Source: Octopus sinensis (taxonomy: Eukaryota). Taken from it: DNA of 64,000 nt. The position numbers were made by a program, and so were the translations under genes. Under the pieces are notes generated by a model that ran no database searches, was not told the DNA's origin, and saw only the letters and a program-made list of their open reading frames with translations. Below are positions 36,014 through 49,535 of this stretch, piece by piece (position 1 is the stretch's first letter; each line of letters begins with the position of its first letter). The stretch lies in contig NC_043021.1 of the NCBI RefSeq assembly GCF_006345805.1, forward strand, positions 17,360,001-17,424,000. Direction: 5' to 3'.

Positions 36014-36299
36014 TTTATCTAGTTTCAGCTCATGAGCTGTGGCCATGCTGGGGCACCGCCATTTGGTGTTGCTGCATGATTTTACTTCATGTATGCTTTT
36101 TAGCAATTGCCATTTGGTGCATGAGAGAGTTTGATGCAGCTGCCCTCATCTGCCCCTCCTGCCGTGAAGTTGGTTCATCTGGGATACCTGACAGGAAGAG
36201 ATCCAGTTTTATTTTAAAGACATCAGCATCCACCCCATGCAGGTCTCTCAGGTTCTTCGGGAGGATATTGAAGAGCTGTGGGCCTCGGAAGCCCAGGCT
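36014..36299 (-). mobile_element. CR1/L2-group LINE 3' end
   Basis: SLGFRGPQLFNILPKNLRDL...FKIKLDLFLSGIPDEP...AASNSL; 3' UTR ggcggtgccccagcatggccacagctcatgagctgaaac. Confidence 0.85.
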
Positions 36300-37285
36300 C
36301 TGGTGGATTGCTTATGCTTGCACATGTAGGGGAACAAGGATTGGCAAATTTCACATATTTAAATAATATTCTTTTATCTTTTTATTCTTTTACTTCTTTC
36401 AGTCATTTGACTGCAGCCATGCTGGAGCACCACCTTGAAGGATTTTAGTAGAAGAAATGAACTCAAGGACTTATTCTTTGTCAGCCTAGTACTTACTTTA
36501 TCAATCCCTTCTGCCAAACTGCTAAGTTACAGGGATGTAAACATACGAACATTGGTTGCCAAGCGATGGTGGAGGGACAAATACAGACAAACATGCATAA
36601 ATACATACATACATATATATAACAAGCTTCTTTCAGTTTCCCCCAAATCCAGTCACAAGGCTTTGGTCAGCCTGAGGCTAGAGGAGAAGACACTTGCCTA
36701 ACATGCCATGCAGTGGGACTGAACCTGGAACCATGTTATTGGGAAGCAAGCTTCTTACCACACAGTTCACACCTGTGTCTATACATTTATTTTTGTCCCA
36801 TTCCTCCCCGTCCCCCAATTTTTTTTCCGGTCTCATCACCATAGTAAACAATACACACACACACAAAGAAAAAAAAAAATCAACAAATAAAATATTTATT
36901 ATTATTATTATTATTATTCTTAATATTATTACATATTCTCATACAAACCAGCAAAAAAAAAAAAGAATGAAAAATTAAAAAAAAAAACCAACAAAACAGA
37001 TCAATCATTATAATAACAATAACAACAATAATAATAATATTAGCATCATCATCATCATCATCATCATCATTATTATTATTATTATTCATTTTGAGTACCC
37101 ATTCATTAACAGGAGGTATTGATGGAGTCTTTTATAATGTTTTTTTACAGATTCTTTTTCAAGTGTTCCTTTTTTTTTTTTTTCCATTTTTTTTTTTTCA
37201 TAACTGTTTTCTTTTTTAATTACACAAATATTCTAGTGGTTGCACCAACTCTTTCTCCGAAAACAAATTAGAAAGAATATCATCA

Positions 37286-37319
<34 letters not shown>

Positions 37320-37629
37320 CATTATTACCATCATTATTATAATTATTATTAATATTATTATATACATATATATATATATATTATATTTATTATTATAATT
37401 ATTAACTTGAAATAATTAATTAAAAAAAAAAACAAAAAAAAAAACAACATGATAATGATAGTGACCACCATCATCATCATCATCATTATCAATCACCATC
37501 ATTATCATCATCATTAGTTTGATCATCAAAATGACCAACAGTTTTATTTATTTTTTTATTCATATACGGGCACTCTGGACAGAACTGCCCATGTTTATAG
37601 TTTTCTTTATATATATGGGTCTGTCTGTA

Positions 37630-37674
<45 letters not shown>

Positions 37675-38633
37675 TAGATATATATATATATATATTAGAT
37701 ATATATATATATGTGGATGTATATGTATACATATATATCAATATAATTATATATACATGTAACTTAAAATAATTAATTAAAAAAAAATAGTCATCCACCA
37801 TCATCATCATTTGCTCAATAAAAGTTCAATCCTCTACAGGTATATCTGTACAGACAAAGATCAGTTTTAAATTGTTTTTTTTTTCAAATAGTTTGTGTTG
37901 TGTTTTTTTGCTTCAAATTAAAATTTTTTTTTTTCTCTCTCTCCTTGTTTCCGCACTCCGTTTTTGTTTTGATTTTTTTTTTTTTTTTTGGTTTTATAGT
38001 AATAATAATTATTATTATTAAAATTATTATGCTAAGAGATCATGAATACAATTTATTTTTCTGTCCTCCCTGGATTTTTTACATCACCAACACCACCATC
38101 ATCATCATCATATTTGTTATTATCGTCATATTATCCAATTTTTTTTTTTTTTTTACATACATGTCTACTTCTTCTCTCTCTCTCTCTCTCTCTCTCTTTT
38201 TCTCAACATGTATACACACAGGCACACATCTACTGCAAAAACCACACTTTTCAAATCCGTGTGCAATCTTGCACAGTAAACCAATGCAATTTGAAAGTGA
38301 AGAAAGTCAGTCATCAAAGTAGGAGTCGAGGTTTCAATACTTCGTTTTGGCTATCGATTCCCCGACTCATGGGAAATATTTATGATATATGAGTGCATAT
38401 ATATATATATATACACACACACACACGTGTGTGTGTGTGTTTGCGTGTTACTTTTAGATTGCATTGTATTGCTCACAAATGCACACTGAAGAATATTGTT
38501 CAATATATATATAGAGAGAAACAAAGCTTATATATACATATATATACATGTATATATGCATATATATACCTGTATATATACATATATATACACACACACA
38601 AATGTATATATACACATATATATATATATATAC

Positions 38634-38676
<43 letters not shown>

Positions 38677-40706
38677 TATACACATGTATATGTGGGTGTG
38701 TTTGTATATACATATATAATGTATGTATATATATGGACGATTTTGGCACATTCTCATCCCACCATCTTGCTTATTTTACTTGTTTTTTTTTTATATACAC
38801 ACGCACACGTGTGCATGTGCATATATACACACACACACACGCACACATACATGTAAACTACAAATAGGAGTGTGCATGTGTGTGCGTGTGTGAGTTTATT
38901 ATATGTGAGCATGCCCCTTCAGGGATAATATTTGCCCTTAATAATCTTCCCTACCCCCCCAAAATAATCTTCTTTTAATACCACCCTCCCAACCACCACC
39001 ACCACCACTCTCCTTCCTTCTCTTCACCAACCCCCCCTCTCTCTCTCCCTCTTTCATACCTTCCCCTTCTTGCATACCCTGCCCCTTTTTCTTTCTTTCT
39101 TTCCCAATCTCCTACCTGTGTTCTGCCTCAAAATTCTTACCTGTTCCTCATTCAAAACTATTATTTTTATTACTGGTATAATCAATTAAATTAGGCCTCC
39201 ATAATCAAAAATACCAGTTAAATACCGGGGGGATAATTTCCAGCACTCAAACATCAGTGGCCTTGTGACAGTGTAATTATAATTATTATCATTAAAATTG
39301 TGAGCTGGCAGAATTAACTCACCAGACGAGATTCTGAGCAACAGCATTCCATATATTTTAATGTTCAACAGTTTATATATATATGGCCGAGATCGACTTT
39401 GCCTTCCTCCTTTTTGGGTCAATAAATTAAGTAGCAGTCAAGCAGAGCAGAGAAGCTTATTATTCTGAGTTCAAATCTCACAAAGGCTGACTTTACCTTT
39501 TAACTTACCCCCTGAGTTCAAGTTTTTGGGGTTCACCTAACCCTTACCACACAAACCTATGGCCTTTTATGCATGTTTAAATATAAATATCATTATTAAC
39601 TATGAGCATTATTATCATTTGAAATTTTAAGAATTTTCTAAGTAAACAACAAAATAAATAAATAAATAAATATGTTTATTCTAAGCATTTTACCTCTTAT
39701 TTTTTAATTTCAAACACAAACTTCTAATCCCACCAAATATTATGCAGAAATGATTATCTCCCTTACAATAACTGCCTGTTAGGAGGCACCATGTATTTTC
39801 CCCCTCATCCTTCGCCCTGGAGGCAAATAAAAGAAACCATTATTATCATTATTGAGTGAGAGAGCGGTGCTTGCCATCAAAGTGAAGTTGGGGTATAAAT
39901 ATACAAAGCCCAATATACCCCTCATGATTACCCGTCTGGTAAGGGTGCACTACGCACATGCATCACAATCATATGTATGCAACATGGTGACCTCATATCA
40001 ACACATGACCTTGCAGGTGGGGGCTCAGAATTTTCTTCAGGTCAGGTTAGCCCATCTCTCTTAAAAACAAATCCTTATTCAGGGACCTTAAAAGGTCCCT
40101 AAATAAGGGTTGTTTAAGGATGATGAACGAAACACCTATGCTTCCAGCGGTAAAATTATTCAAACCCCAAAGAATTCCTCTCAACGAGATTCTTAGCTAT
40201 GATGCTCCCCCACCATTTCTGCTCGTCATCAGAGATGCACATATCGGCTCCTAAGGGACATGCTCAACCAGTTACGGTCAAACAACTGACAAGCAAACCT
40301 GTGGCATTGAGCAGAATATTTGCTGTAGGCCATCTTTGACCCCGAGACAAAATATGCACACGTGAACACTTCCAGTCAGTTAAGATCAGAAGCCATGAGA
40401 GCCACAGCCTGGTTTTGCATTATTATTATCATTATTATTATTATTATTATTAATTATTATTATTATTATCATTATTATTATCATCATTATTATTATTATC
40501 ATTATTATTATTACTACTACTACTACTACTACAACTACTATTTTAGATCTTTCCTCCCACCCACTCTTAAAAAAAAAACAGAACCCCACCCCCACATCCC
40601 CTTTCTCTCTCTTTCCTTTAGTTCTGCCATCTTCAATGAAGCATCTTTCATTCTCTCACTTCTCCCATCCCCACTGCCCCTTGCGCATTCACTCCCTTTC
40701 TCTCTA

Positions 40707-40742
<36 letters not shown>

Positions 40743-40855
40743 AGTCTTGCCCAGCAGAACCCTTTCCACTCATCCCTCTCACTCCCTACCTCCCCCCTCC
40801 ACTTCACTCTCTCTCCTCCTCCTCCTCCCCCCCTCTATCTCTCTTTCTCTTTCTC

Positions 40856-42805
40856 TCAGCCTTGCACAGTGAAACTCTTTTCAATCTGGAGTTCAATCAA
40901 GTCCATGAAGCAGATCTTCGTCTCTCCACTGTCGAGAAGTTCACGGATTTTTCTGTTACATGGTTTATAAGGGACGTCCACATTCTGCACAAGGTACTTC
41001 GAGATAAGATAGTCGAGGGCGTTGATCTTCGTCACGCCGCTCTGGTGGTCTTTGCTGTTCTTCACCTGCTGAGCGGCCGACAAGCACTTCTCCACGAAGG
41101 CCGGATCCTTCGCCGACACCGGCGACACGTTCTCCTTGCTGCTGCTACTGCTGTGGCGCTTATGACCCGCTGTTGCTGCCGCCTCTTCGTCCTTGCCGTT
41201 TTTCGCGGCGCGCCCCACCTCTTCGCTCTCGTCGAGGCTCGGCTCCTTCTTCTTCCTCCGTTTGTTATTACAATCACTCTCCTCCGACTCCCCTTCATCA
41301 TCAGCATCATCATCACTGCTGCCTTCACCTTTACTCTTAGTCCCGCCTCCTCCTCCTGAGGCCCCTCTCTTTTTGCTGGTGACGTCTGTGGTGAGCACAC
41401 TTTCCGAGTGACTAGATTCCTCCCTGTTCGTTCTATTTTCACTAGCGTTATGGTTCCGACTCTGACTTGTATCTTCTTTATTTTCTACTTCATCGCTTTT
41501 GTTGTCTCCACTGTCACCATCATTGCTCTGGCTGTTATTACTACTGCTGTTAATACTACTACTATTATTATTATTATTAATATTATCATTATCATCATCA
41601 TCATCATCATTATTATATTATTATTATTATTACTATTACTATTACTACCACCACCGTTGCCAGTAGAAACGCTGTCACCATCACCGCATCCTTCACCAGA
41701 GCTATCCTCTCTCTCGCTATTTTGTCCTCTAGTTGTTGTGGTTGTTGTTGTTGTTGTCACTGGTGTTGTCGTCGTTAGTGAATTTGGTGTTGTTGATGCT
41801 GATGTTGTTGTTGTTGTTGTTGCTGCTGCTGCTGCTGCCTGGTTGCCATCATGTTGCTGCTGCTGCTGCTGGTGATGCAAACTTCTGCTCGACAGACTCA
41901 TTTCGCTCGTCGCCTGCGAACAGCCGTTCAGGAGATGATGCATAAGATTCAGATAATTCTCTGGGGCCCTGTTTACCGAGCTGGGCGGCTCCCACCGGTC
42001 GTTGAGGACATCCTTACTCGAGTCGTCGACATCGATGTCCACTTCCATGTCGGCCGCTTCGTCCTCAGTTCCACCCTTGTGGTCAATATCTGTGACGTCA
42101 ATATCTTTCCGCTTGGCCGCTGTTGCCGTGGACAACGATGATGATGATTCCATGGGCTCCTCCTCTTTGTTTTCTTCCTCCCCATCTTCCCCGTACCTTC
42201 GGCGCTGACGTTGTTGTTGTTGTTGTTGTTCGGAGATGGCAGACGAGCAGGTTGTCTTTGATGGGGTTTCCTCATCAATTGTGATACAGTTGCTAGCGTT
42301 GTAGCTGTTGATCATGTCTGGGGCTAATCTCGAGGAAGGGGCCACTCGCTTCCCGTAACAAGGACCATTCGAAGATGTGATGTTGTTACTGCTGTTGTTG
42401 TTGCTGTGGCTGCTTGTGAGGTCCGTAGTGTTACTTGGGCAGTTCATTACTCGGGGCCAGCTGGGGGTTGAAGACGCGATAGGGCATGACTGGGGCCGAC
42501 TCAGCAGTCTGATTTCATCAGAAGGGGGCACATCCCTTGTGCGACATGTCATGGCAATGTCTGGTTGTAGGCGGGCATATTTAAGTTGGTCGTCAAATCG
42601 CCACTGGTAGCAACCGTCGACAGCGACGATGGGTGGTGGTGGAGGGGGCAACGGCGGCACCACGGTCATCATTGTGGCCTGTCGCATCTGGTGCTTTTGT
42701 CTGAGGAGTTGGCGCAAATGTGACGGCGCTCTTTGGCACTCGCAGGACTTGATCAAGCATAAGGGCCGTTCTTGAAAGCCGCAGTTTTGTGGTTGCTGCT
42801 GCTGA

Positions 42806-42867
<62 letters not shown>

Positions 42868-42969
42868 TTCCTTGGGGTTGCGTTTTGTTGAGTGTACGCT
42901 GAGGTCCAGAGGTTCCATGGCTTCGTCTTCTTCAATCGGATTCATGTAATTTGTGATGTGAGATTCCAT
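40856..42969 (-). CDS. Uncharacterised ~704-aa low-complexity nuclear protein, putative co-repressor scaffold; one reading frame broken by a 1-bp deletion at ~41617
   Basis: The 494-aa and 180-aa ORFs join without stops if one A is restored in (AAT)n. Splice acceptor tttcag at 43041-43046 and an in-frame upstream stop at 43015-43017. Contains PLDLS, LRQLL, polyQ, the NLS-like KRRKKK and a non-repetitive helical C-terminus. Confidence 0.75.
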
Positions 42970-43836
42970 TTCACTGGTTCTCTGTGGCTTCTTGGTGCTG
43001 CCAGGTGGGTTTAATTAACAAATTCTTCACCCATTCAAAACTGAAAATATACAAAAAATAAAAAAAAAAGAGAAAAAATATTAGTCACAATTCCCAAAAA
43101 ATTCTTGAGATCAAAAAGTATAATTTTTTCACTTTTTATATATAAAAAAAACTAACAAAAAAAAAAGCAAAAAAGATTCAAAATATCTGTTTCATGTCCA
43201 TTTTTCTATGTCAGCATGAGTTCATTGGATATTTATTTGCAGTGATGGGATGCTTCTCCTGTCATCAACTCTTAATTCTTTTACAAATAAGAGGTTGTCT
43301 TATTCTTTTATCGTCATCATCATTTAACCCTTTCATGACCAACCAGGCTGAAACCGGCTCTGGCTCTGAGTACAAATGTCTTGTTTTCAAAAGTTCTGAA
43401 TTAAAATCTTCCACCAAACCTTAGTCACAATTTATGTTCCTAACACTAGCTCAATGATAACTAAGTTATCTTACTAAATTCTTTGTTATATTTAAAATTG
43501 GTTGGGGAACAAATACAGATACACAAACACACACACACCATCATCATCATCATCATCATCATCTTCGTTTAACGTCCGTTCTCCATGCTAGCATGGGTTG
43601 GACGGTTTGACCGAGGATCTGGGAAGCCAGAAGGCTGCACCAGGCTCCAGTCTGATCTGGCAGTGTTTCTACAGCTGGATGCCCTTCCTAACGCCAACCA
43701 CCCTGTGAGTGTAGTGGGTGCTTTTTACGTGCCACCGGCACAGGTACCAGGCGAGGCTGGCAACGGCCACGATCGGATTGGTGCTTTTTACGTGTGACCG
43801 GCACAGAAAACCAGTTGAGGCGGCGCTGGCATATAT

Positions 43837-43879
<43 letters not shown>

Positions 43880-43888
43880 ATATATATA

Positions 43889-43990
43889 TAGAAGGAGCTT
43901 CTACAGGACTAGAAACTGTTTCATTCAAGAGAAATCTTCTGAAGATTTCTCTTGAATGAAACAGTTCTAGTCCTGTAGAAGCTCCATCTA
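43889..43990. repeat. ~100-bp palindrome centred on an HHR-like CTGAAGA core
   Basis: ggagcttctacaggactagaaactgtttcattcaagagaaatcttc-t-gaagatttctcttgaatgaaacagttctagtcctgtagaagctcc. Confidence 0.9.
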
Positions 43991-44080
43991 TATAATAAAT
44001 TAATTTTACTCTGCTATGTATTGAGTACCTTATTTACTGTGGTTAACCCCGAATCAACCCGGGACCTACATATATATATA

Positions 44081-44121
<41 letters not shown>

Positions 44122-44869
44122 ATGGAGAATTCACAAAAAAAACGCAAGACGAAGACAGATGGTGTAACAGGCTTCTTTCAGTTTCCGTCTAGCAAATCCA
44201 CTCACAAGGCCTTGGTTGGCCCAAGGGATAAGTAGAAGACACTTACCCAAGATGCCATGCAGTGGGACCGAACCTAGATCCATGAGGCTGGGAAGCAAGA
44301 TTCTTACCACACAGCCATGCCCGCATCACTACATACATGCACCCCGGTACACCTTTCTTAAGAAAAGACTTTATGATTTGAGGGAGCTGTGGCTACTATT
44401 TTCATCTTTATGTGGCTGGTCCAGTGACTGTACAGGCTGGCAGTGGAAATGGTGGTGTTGGTGGTAGTGATTAAGACAAATTTTTAGTAAAAGACAAAAA
44501 AAAAAAACCCCAACAATACAGTCAGACAGGCAGACACATACACAAAGCCACACACACTTCTAATGGGGTATACATACATATACAAACATATAGATATAGA
44601 TATGCACACACAAATATATGTATACACAAAGCTAGGTTGGCCTAAATACTGAAAGAAAGAATTATACCAAGTTAATAAAAGAGGGCAATACACATACACA
44701 CATATATGTGTACGTGTGTGTGTGTGTGTGTGTGTGTGTGAATCTATCTATCTATATGTATATGTGTGTGTGTGTATGTATCTCTCTATCTATCTATCAT
44801 GTGTGTCTACCTATCTATATGTGTGTATATATATGTGTGTGTGTGTGTGTATCTATCTATCTATCTATC

Positions 44870-44903
<34 letters not shown>

Positions 44904-44908
44904 TGTGC

Positions 44909-44951
<43 letters not shown>

Positions 44952-45019
44952 CCAACCTTTTCTACCCCACTTACTGTATGTACATGTCTGTATATATATA
45001 TATGTGTGTGTGTGTGTAA

Positions 45020-45063
<44 letters not shown>

Positions 45064-45355
45064 ATGTATATAGAGGCCAATCTCTTCTATCTCTCCATGC
45101 TCCACTTATTGAATGTATGTGTGTGTGTGTGTGTATTTGTGTGTATGTAAACACAAATGTACCCCCAACCCCACACATTCATTCATACATACATACATAC
45201 ATACAGACAGACAGACATACATAGTAAAATTCTCTCACACACATGTACACAAACACACACACACACATCATCTCACACGTACACATTCTCTCTCTTACTC
45301 ACATGGACATACAGGGTCTATCTGTCTGTCCGGCTCTCTCTTTCTCTTTCTCTCA

Positions 45356-45392
<37 letters not shown>

Positions 45393-45700
45393 ACATACAA
45401 AGACACCTCTCTCTCTCCCACACTCTTGTTCCCTTTTTCTCTTCCTTTTCTTTATCTTGCCAGCACACACACATAAAATCCTTCTCTTTCTCCCCCACTT
45501 CTTCTTTCACTCTCTCTCTCTCTCTCTCATTCTGTCTTTGCCTCTCTCTTCCTCTCTTATAGTCTATCTGCACCCCACCACACACACACACAACAACCCT
45601 TCTCTCTGTTCCCCTCTCTTGTATATACACAATTTCTCCTCTTTATTCCCTCTCTCAGTCTATCTCTCCAACACACATATAATTTCTCTCCTTCTTTCTT

Positions 45701-45731
<31 letters not shown>

Positions 45732-46041
45732 GCTTCCCCCTCACCACCACCAACACCACCGCCACCACCACACAATCAGACCTACATAAGGAATGCTGTG
45801 TGCACAAATGTAGGCCTTCCTTGATTTCTTGAGTAAGAAGTAGAAGTAGAAGAAGAAGAAGAAGAAGAACAAGAAGAAGAAGAAGATGTCTAGGTCTATT
45901 ACAAGTGTAGAAGACAGGAGGAGGGGAAATGGACAGAGGGATGGGAAACAGGTAAGGAGCGGGTGGGTGGGTGGGTGGAATACAGAAATGTCCACCTCCC
46001 TCCATTCACACATACAGACAGAGAGGCGCCCATCAGGATAT

Positions 46042-46086
<45 letters not shown>

Positions 46087-46349
46087 GTGTGTGTGTAAAC
46101 TTATAGTCACATCAATATATATATACATATATAAATATGCTTATACATATTAGCACATATACACAACATACACACTTTTACACAATATAATGTATATAAT
46201 ATATATATATATATATATAGATGTGTGAGTGAGAGTATGTATGTGTATGTGTGTATATATATATATATATATACACACAGACACACACACATATATATGT
46301 ATACACATACACTAATACATGTATGTGTATGTTCTCTTTCTCTCTTTTA

Positions 46350-46720
46350 ATTTAGAATAAATATTGGCTGGCCACCACCTCCTTGGTTTACAAAGTTGCG
46401 AAGGAAAGCATCTTGTTCCGCTCACCATCCTTTAAACCCTAAGAAAGTCTTACAGATTTTTACATTCCCAGATATCCCGGTCATTTGTAGAGTGTGAATT
46501 AAGGATTTGCGTTCTCTCCCCCAAGATCCCAAGATCAACCCTACTTTGCTCCAGACTGGTCAGTATGTACCCTGTTGCTCCAATAATGATGGATATGAAG
46601 CTGAAAGCGTACCTTGGTGACTGGATTTGCAAACCCCTTATCAATGGGCCATAGATGGCCTCTTTCTCTGATATTTCGCTGACCACATCGGTGACCAAAG
46701 GATAGCTGATTTCTTCTACG
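46350..46720 (-). mobile_element. R4/Dong-like (restriction-like endonuclease) retrotransposon 3' fragment
   Basis: EISYP...SEKEAIYGPLIRGLQ...Y.FSFISIIIGATG...LQ..GISGNVKICKTFLGF. Confidence 0.65.
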
Positions 46721-46749
46721 CATGCATGCATGTATGTATGCAAATAAAA

Positions 46750-47015
46750 AGGGTAAAGACCCTGTTCGGTCATGAATGACCATGAGATTGCACCTAGAAA
46801 GTTCCTCTCTGAGGTACAAGTCCGAGCAAGTTTGTTTTGTACAAGACCAGCACTTGCCCATGCATACCAACCTCCCCTCTCCAGGCCACCAATGTTACCC
46901 AAGGGAAAGGCAAAGGGGCCGATACAGCTTGGCACCAGTGACATCACAACTCACTTCTAAAGCTGAGTGAACTGGAGCAATGTGAAATAAAGTGTCTTGC
47001 TCAAGAGAACGCAAC
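46750..47015 (-). mobile_element. SINE fragment
   Basis: cttgagcaagacactttatttcacattgctccagttcactcagc segment, similar to the post-head region of the 6545-6766 SINE. Confidence 0.5.
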
Positions 47016-47290
47016 ACACGTGTGAATAAAAGTTGTGCATTCTCTCCTTGGGAATCTAAGTTCCATCATATAGGACGACATGTATTCTGTTGCACCAATT
47101 GTAATAGGTATAAAGCTGAAAGTGTATTTTGCTGACTAGATTGGAAAATTCCTCATCAATGGTCTATTCTTTCTATTTCTCTTGTATTTTTCTAGTCATG
47201 CTTGGTGTATAGAGGACAGCTGATTCCCACTGCGTGTGTCTATAGTTCCTCAAATATCAGGTTCCTTGGGCAAGACAGTCCACCAATGGC

Positions 47291-47584
47291 CTCTTCACTC
47301 CTGCTCCTGAGCATCGGCTGCGGGGTCACTCCGAAAAGCTCCATCTGAGACGATTTCATCTCAATCGAAGGAGAGGGGCTTTCTCCATCTGGGTTGCGGA
47401 TCCGTGGAATAAGCTGCCGGACGAGATAGTGAAGTTGCCGACGACCGCTCGGTTCAAAGTCTCTCTTGACCAGAAATGGCCTGAACTTTTTGCATGAACA
47501 CCACCCTGTACATAACTCCATGTACCCCTACATGGCCTTGCTTTTGCTTTTTGAGCCAAAAAATTAACTTAACTTAACTTAACT
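47291..47584 (+). mobile_element. CR1 LINE 3' end with (TTAAC)n tail
   Basis: LRGHSEKL...RRGAFSIWVADPWNKLPDEIV......FKVSLD. Confidence 0.85.
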
Positions 47585-48439
47585 ATTTGATGATAGTTAA
47601 CTTACAATTAAGATGAGGACCAAAACAGCAGAGTACCCCACCACCCCACCCAGCTCTCTAACAAGTGCCAGTTTGTCTTTAGGTCAAGAATAGAACCAAC
47701 ACCATTTGCCCTTTCAATACCATTAAAGCTGAGACAACCACACTCTCATTTCTATAATAAAAATACCTTGTTTCAAATTGATCTAAAATATTTCTTTGAG
47801 GTATCAGCACAAAGCCTGAAATTTTGGGGGGAGTGGGCGGGTGGGGTAAGTCAATTACATTGATCCTCAGTGTTTAACTGGTATTTATTTCATCAACTCT
47901 AAAAGAATAAAAAGCAAAGTCAACCGTGGCAGAATTTGACCCCAGGATGTAGAGACAGAATGTACCAGACGGTGAGATTGAACCTAAAGGCCATTATTTG
48001 GCTGTGAAATGACTGTCTTAGTCGCAAAGCTATGTCCAAATTTATGGTCAATTCTGGCCATTACAGGTTGAAAAGTCAGAAGTTTAAAATCATCATCATT
48101 TAACATCTGTTTTCCCTGCTGGCATGGGTCAGACAGTTTGACAGGAGCAGGCAAGGTCAGGAGTTGTCCAGGTTCCATTGGTTTCTACAACTGGAATACC
48201 CTTCCTAATGCCAACCATTTTACAAAGCAGACTGGGTGTTTTTTATGTGGCACCATCACCATTGCTTTTATATGGCACCAGCACCAGGGCTCTTTGTGTG
48301 GAAACATCACCAGAGCTCTTTGTGTGGCACCATCACCATTGCTTTTATGTGGAACCAGCACTAGTGCTTTTTATGTGGCACCAGCACCAGGGCTCTTTGT
48401 GTGGCACCAGCACCATTGCTTTGGGAGCAAAATCTTGTT

Positions 48440-48657
48440 CTTTATGCAGGGTTTGTTGATCTCATGAAAGCACTCGATCCAGTCGGTTGCGAAGGACTTT
48501 GTTAATGCCTTTCAAAAACAGGATGTCTGTGAGGAAAGGTAGCCAATATTGATTCAATCATTTCACAATGGCATGAAGACACGTCTTGCAGGTCTTGAAG
48601 ACATGTCACATACATTCTTGGTCTCAAATGGAACCAAACAGAGACACATCATGACCT
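48440..48657 (+). mobile_element. Degenerate RTE/BovB-type RT fragment
   Basis: LYAGFVDLMKALD...GC...LIQSFHNGMKTRL...F.VSNGTKQ. Confidence 0.7.
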
Positions 48658-49491
48658 TTTAAAGAAATATTGGCAAGGATGTGTAGTAACAAGTTTGCTT
48701 CCCAACCACATGGTTCTGGGTTCAGTCCCACAGCATGGCACCTTAGGCAAGTGTCTCCTACTCTAGCCTCATGCTGACCAAAGCCTTGTGAGTGGATTTG
48801 GTAGGTGGAAACTGAAAGAAGCCAGTTGTGTGTGTGTATCTCTGTGTCCGTGTTTGTATCCCACCACCATTTGACAACCAATGTTGGTTTGTTTATGTCC
48901 CCTGTAATTTGGGGGGGGGGTTCAGCAAAAAAAGTGTACCAGACTTAAAAACAAAACAAAAAAAAATGCACCAGGGTCGATTCATTCAACTAAAAATTCC
49001 ACAAAGCAGTGCCCCAGCATGGCCACAGACTAATGACTGAAACAAGTAAAGGAATGATAAAAGATCACTAACCATTCAACACGTATTGGCCAAAAACTGA
49101 CCCAAGTTGGGCAAGATTTGGCTGCTATTTCTAGCAGGTTGATAGACCATGCATAGGCTCAGAAGAGCCAGAGTTGCCATTTCCTTTATTTAAGCCAGAG
49201 GTCAATCAAGAGGTCCGTACTGACCTCTTGAAATTGTACTTTGCTATCTTAAAAAGGAAAGAGGACCCGGCTTCAATAATGTACTCCTAGGTATACTATG
49301 TCGGGGGGGGGGGATATAAAAAGGGAAGAAGATGGGGATGTCACATCTGGAAAGCCTTTGATCACAAGCCAGCTTAACCTAGGCTGACCCGGGGCTAAAC
49401 ACCAACAATAACCATCATAACAGTTAATATCACTTCATCCAACACCACCACGACCACCATACCTTCTACTGCTACTACCACCACTACTGTA

Positions 49492-49535
<44 letters not shown>

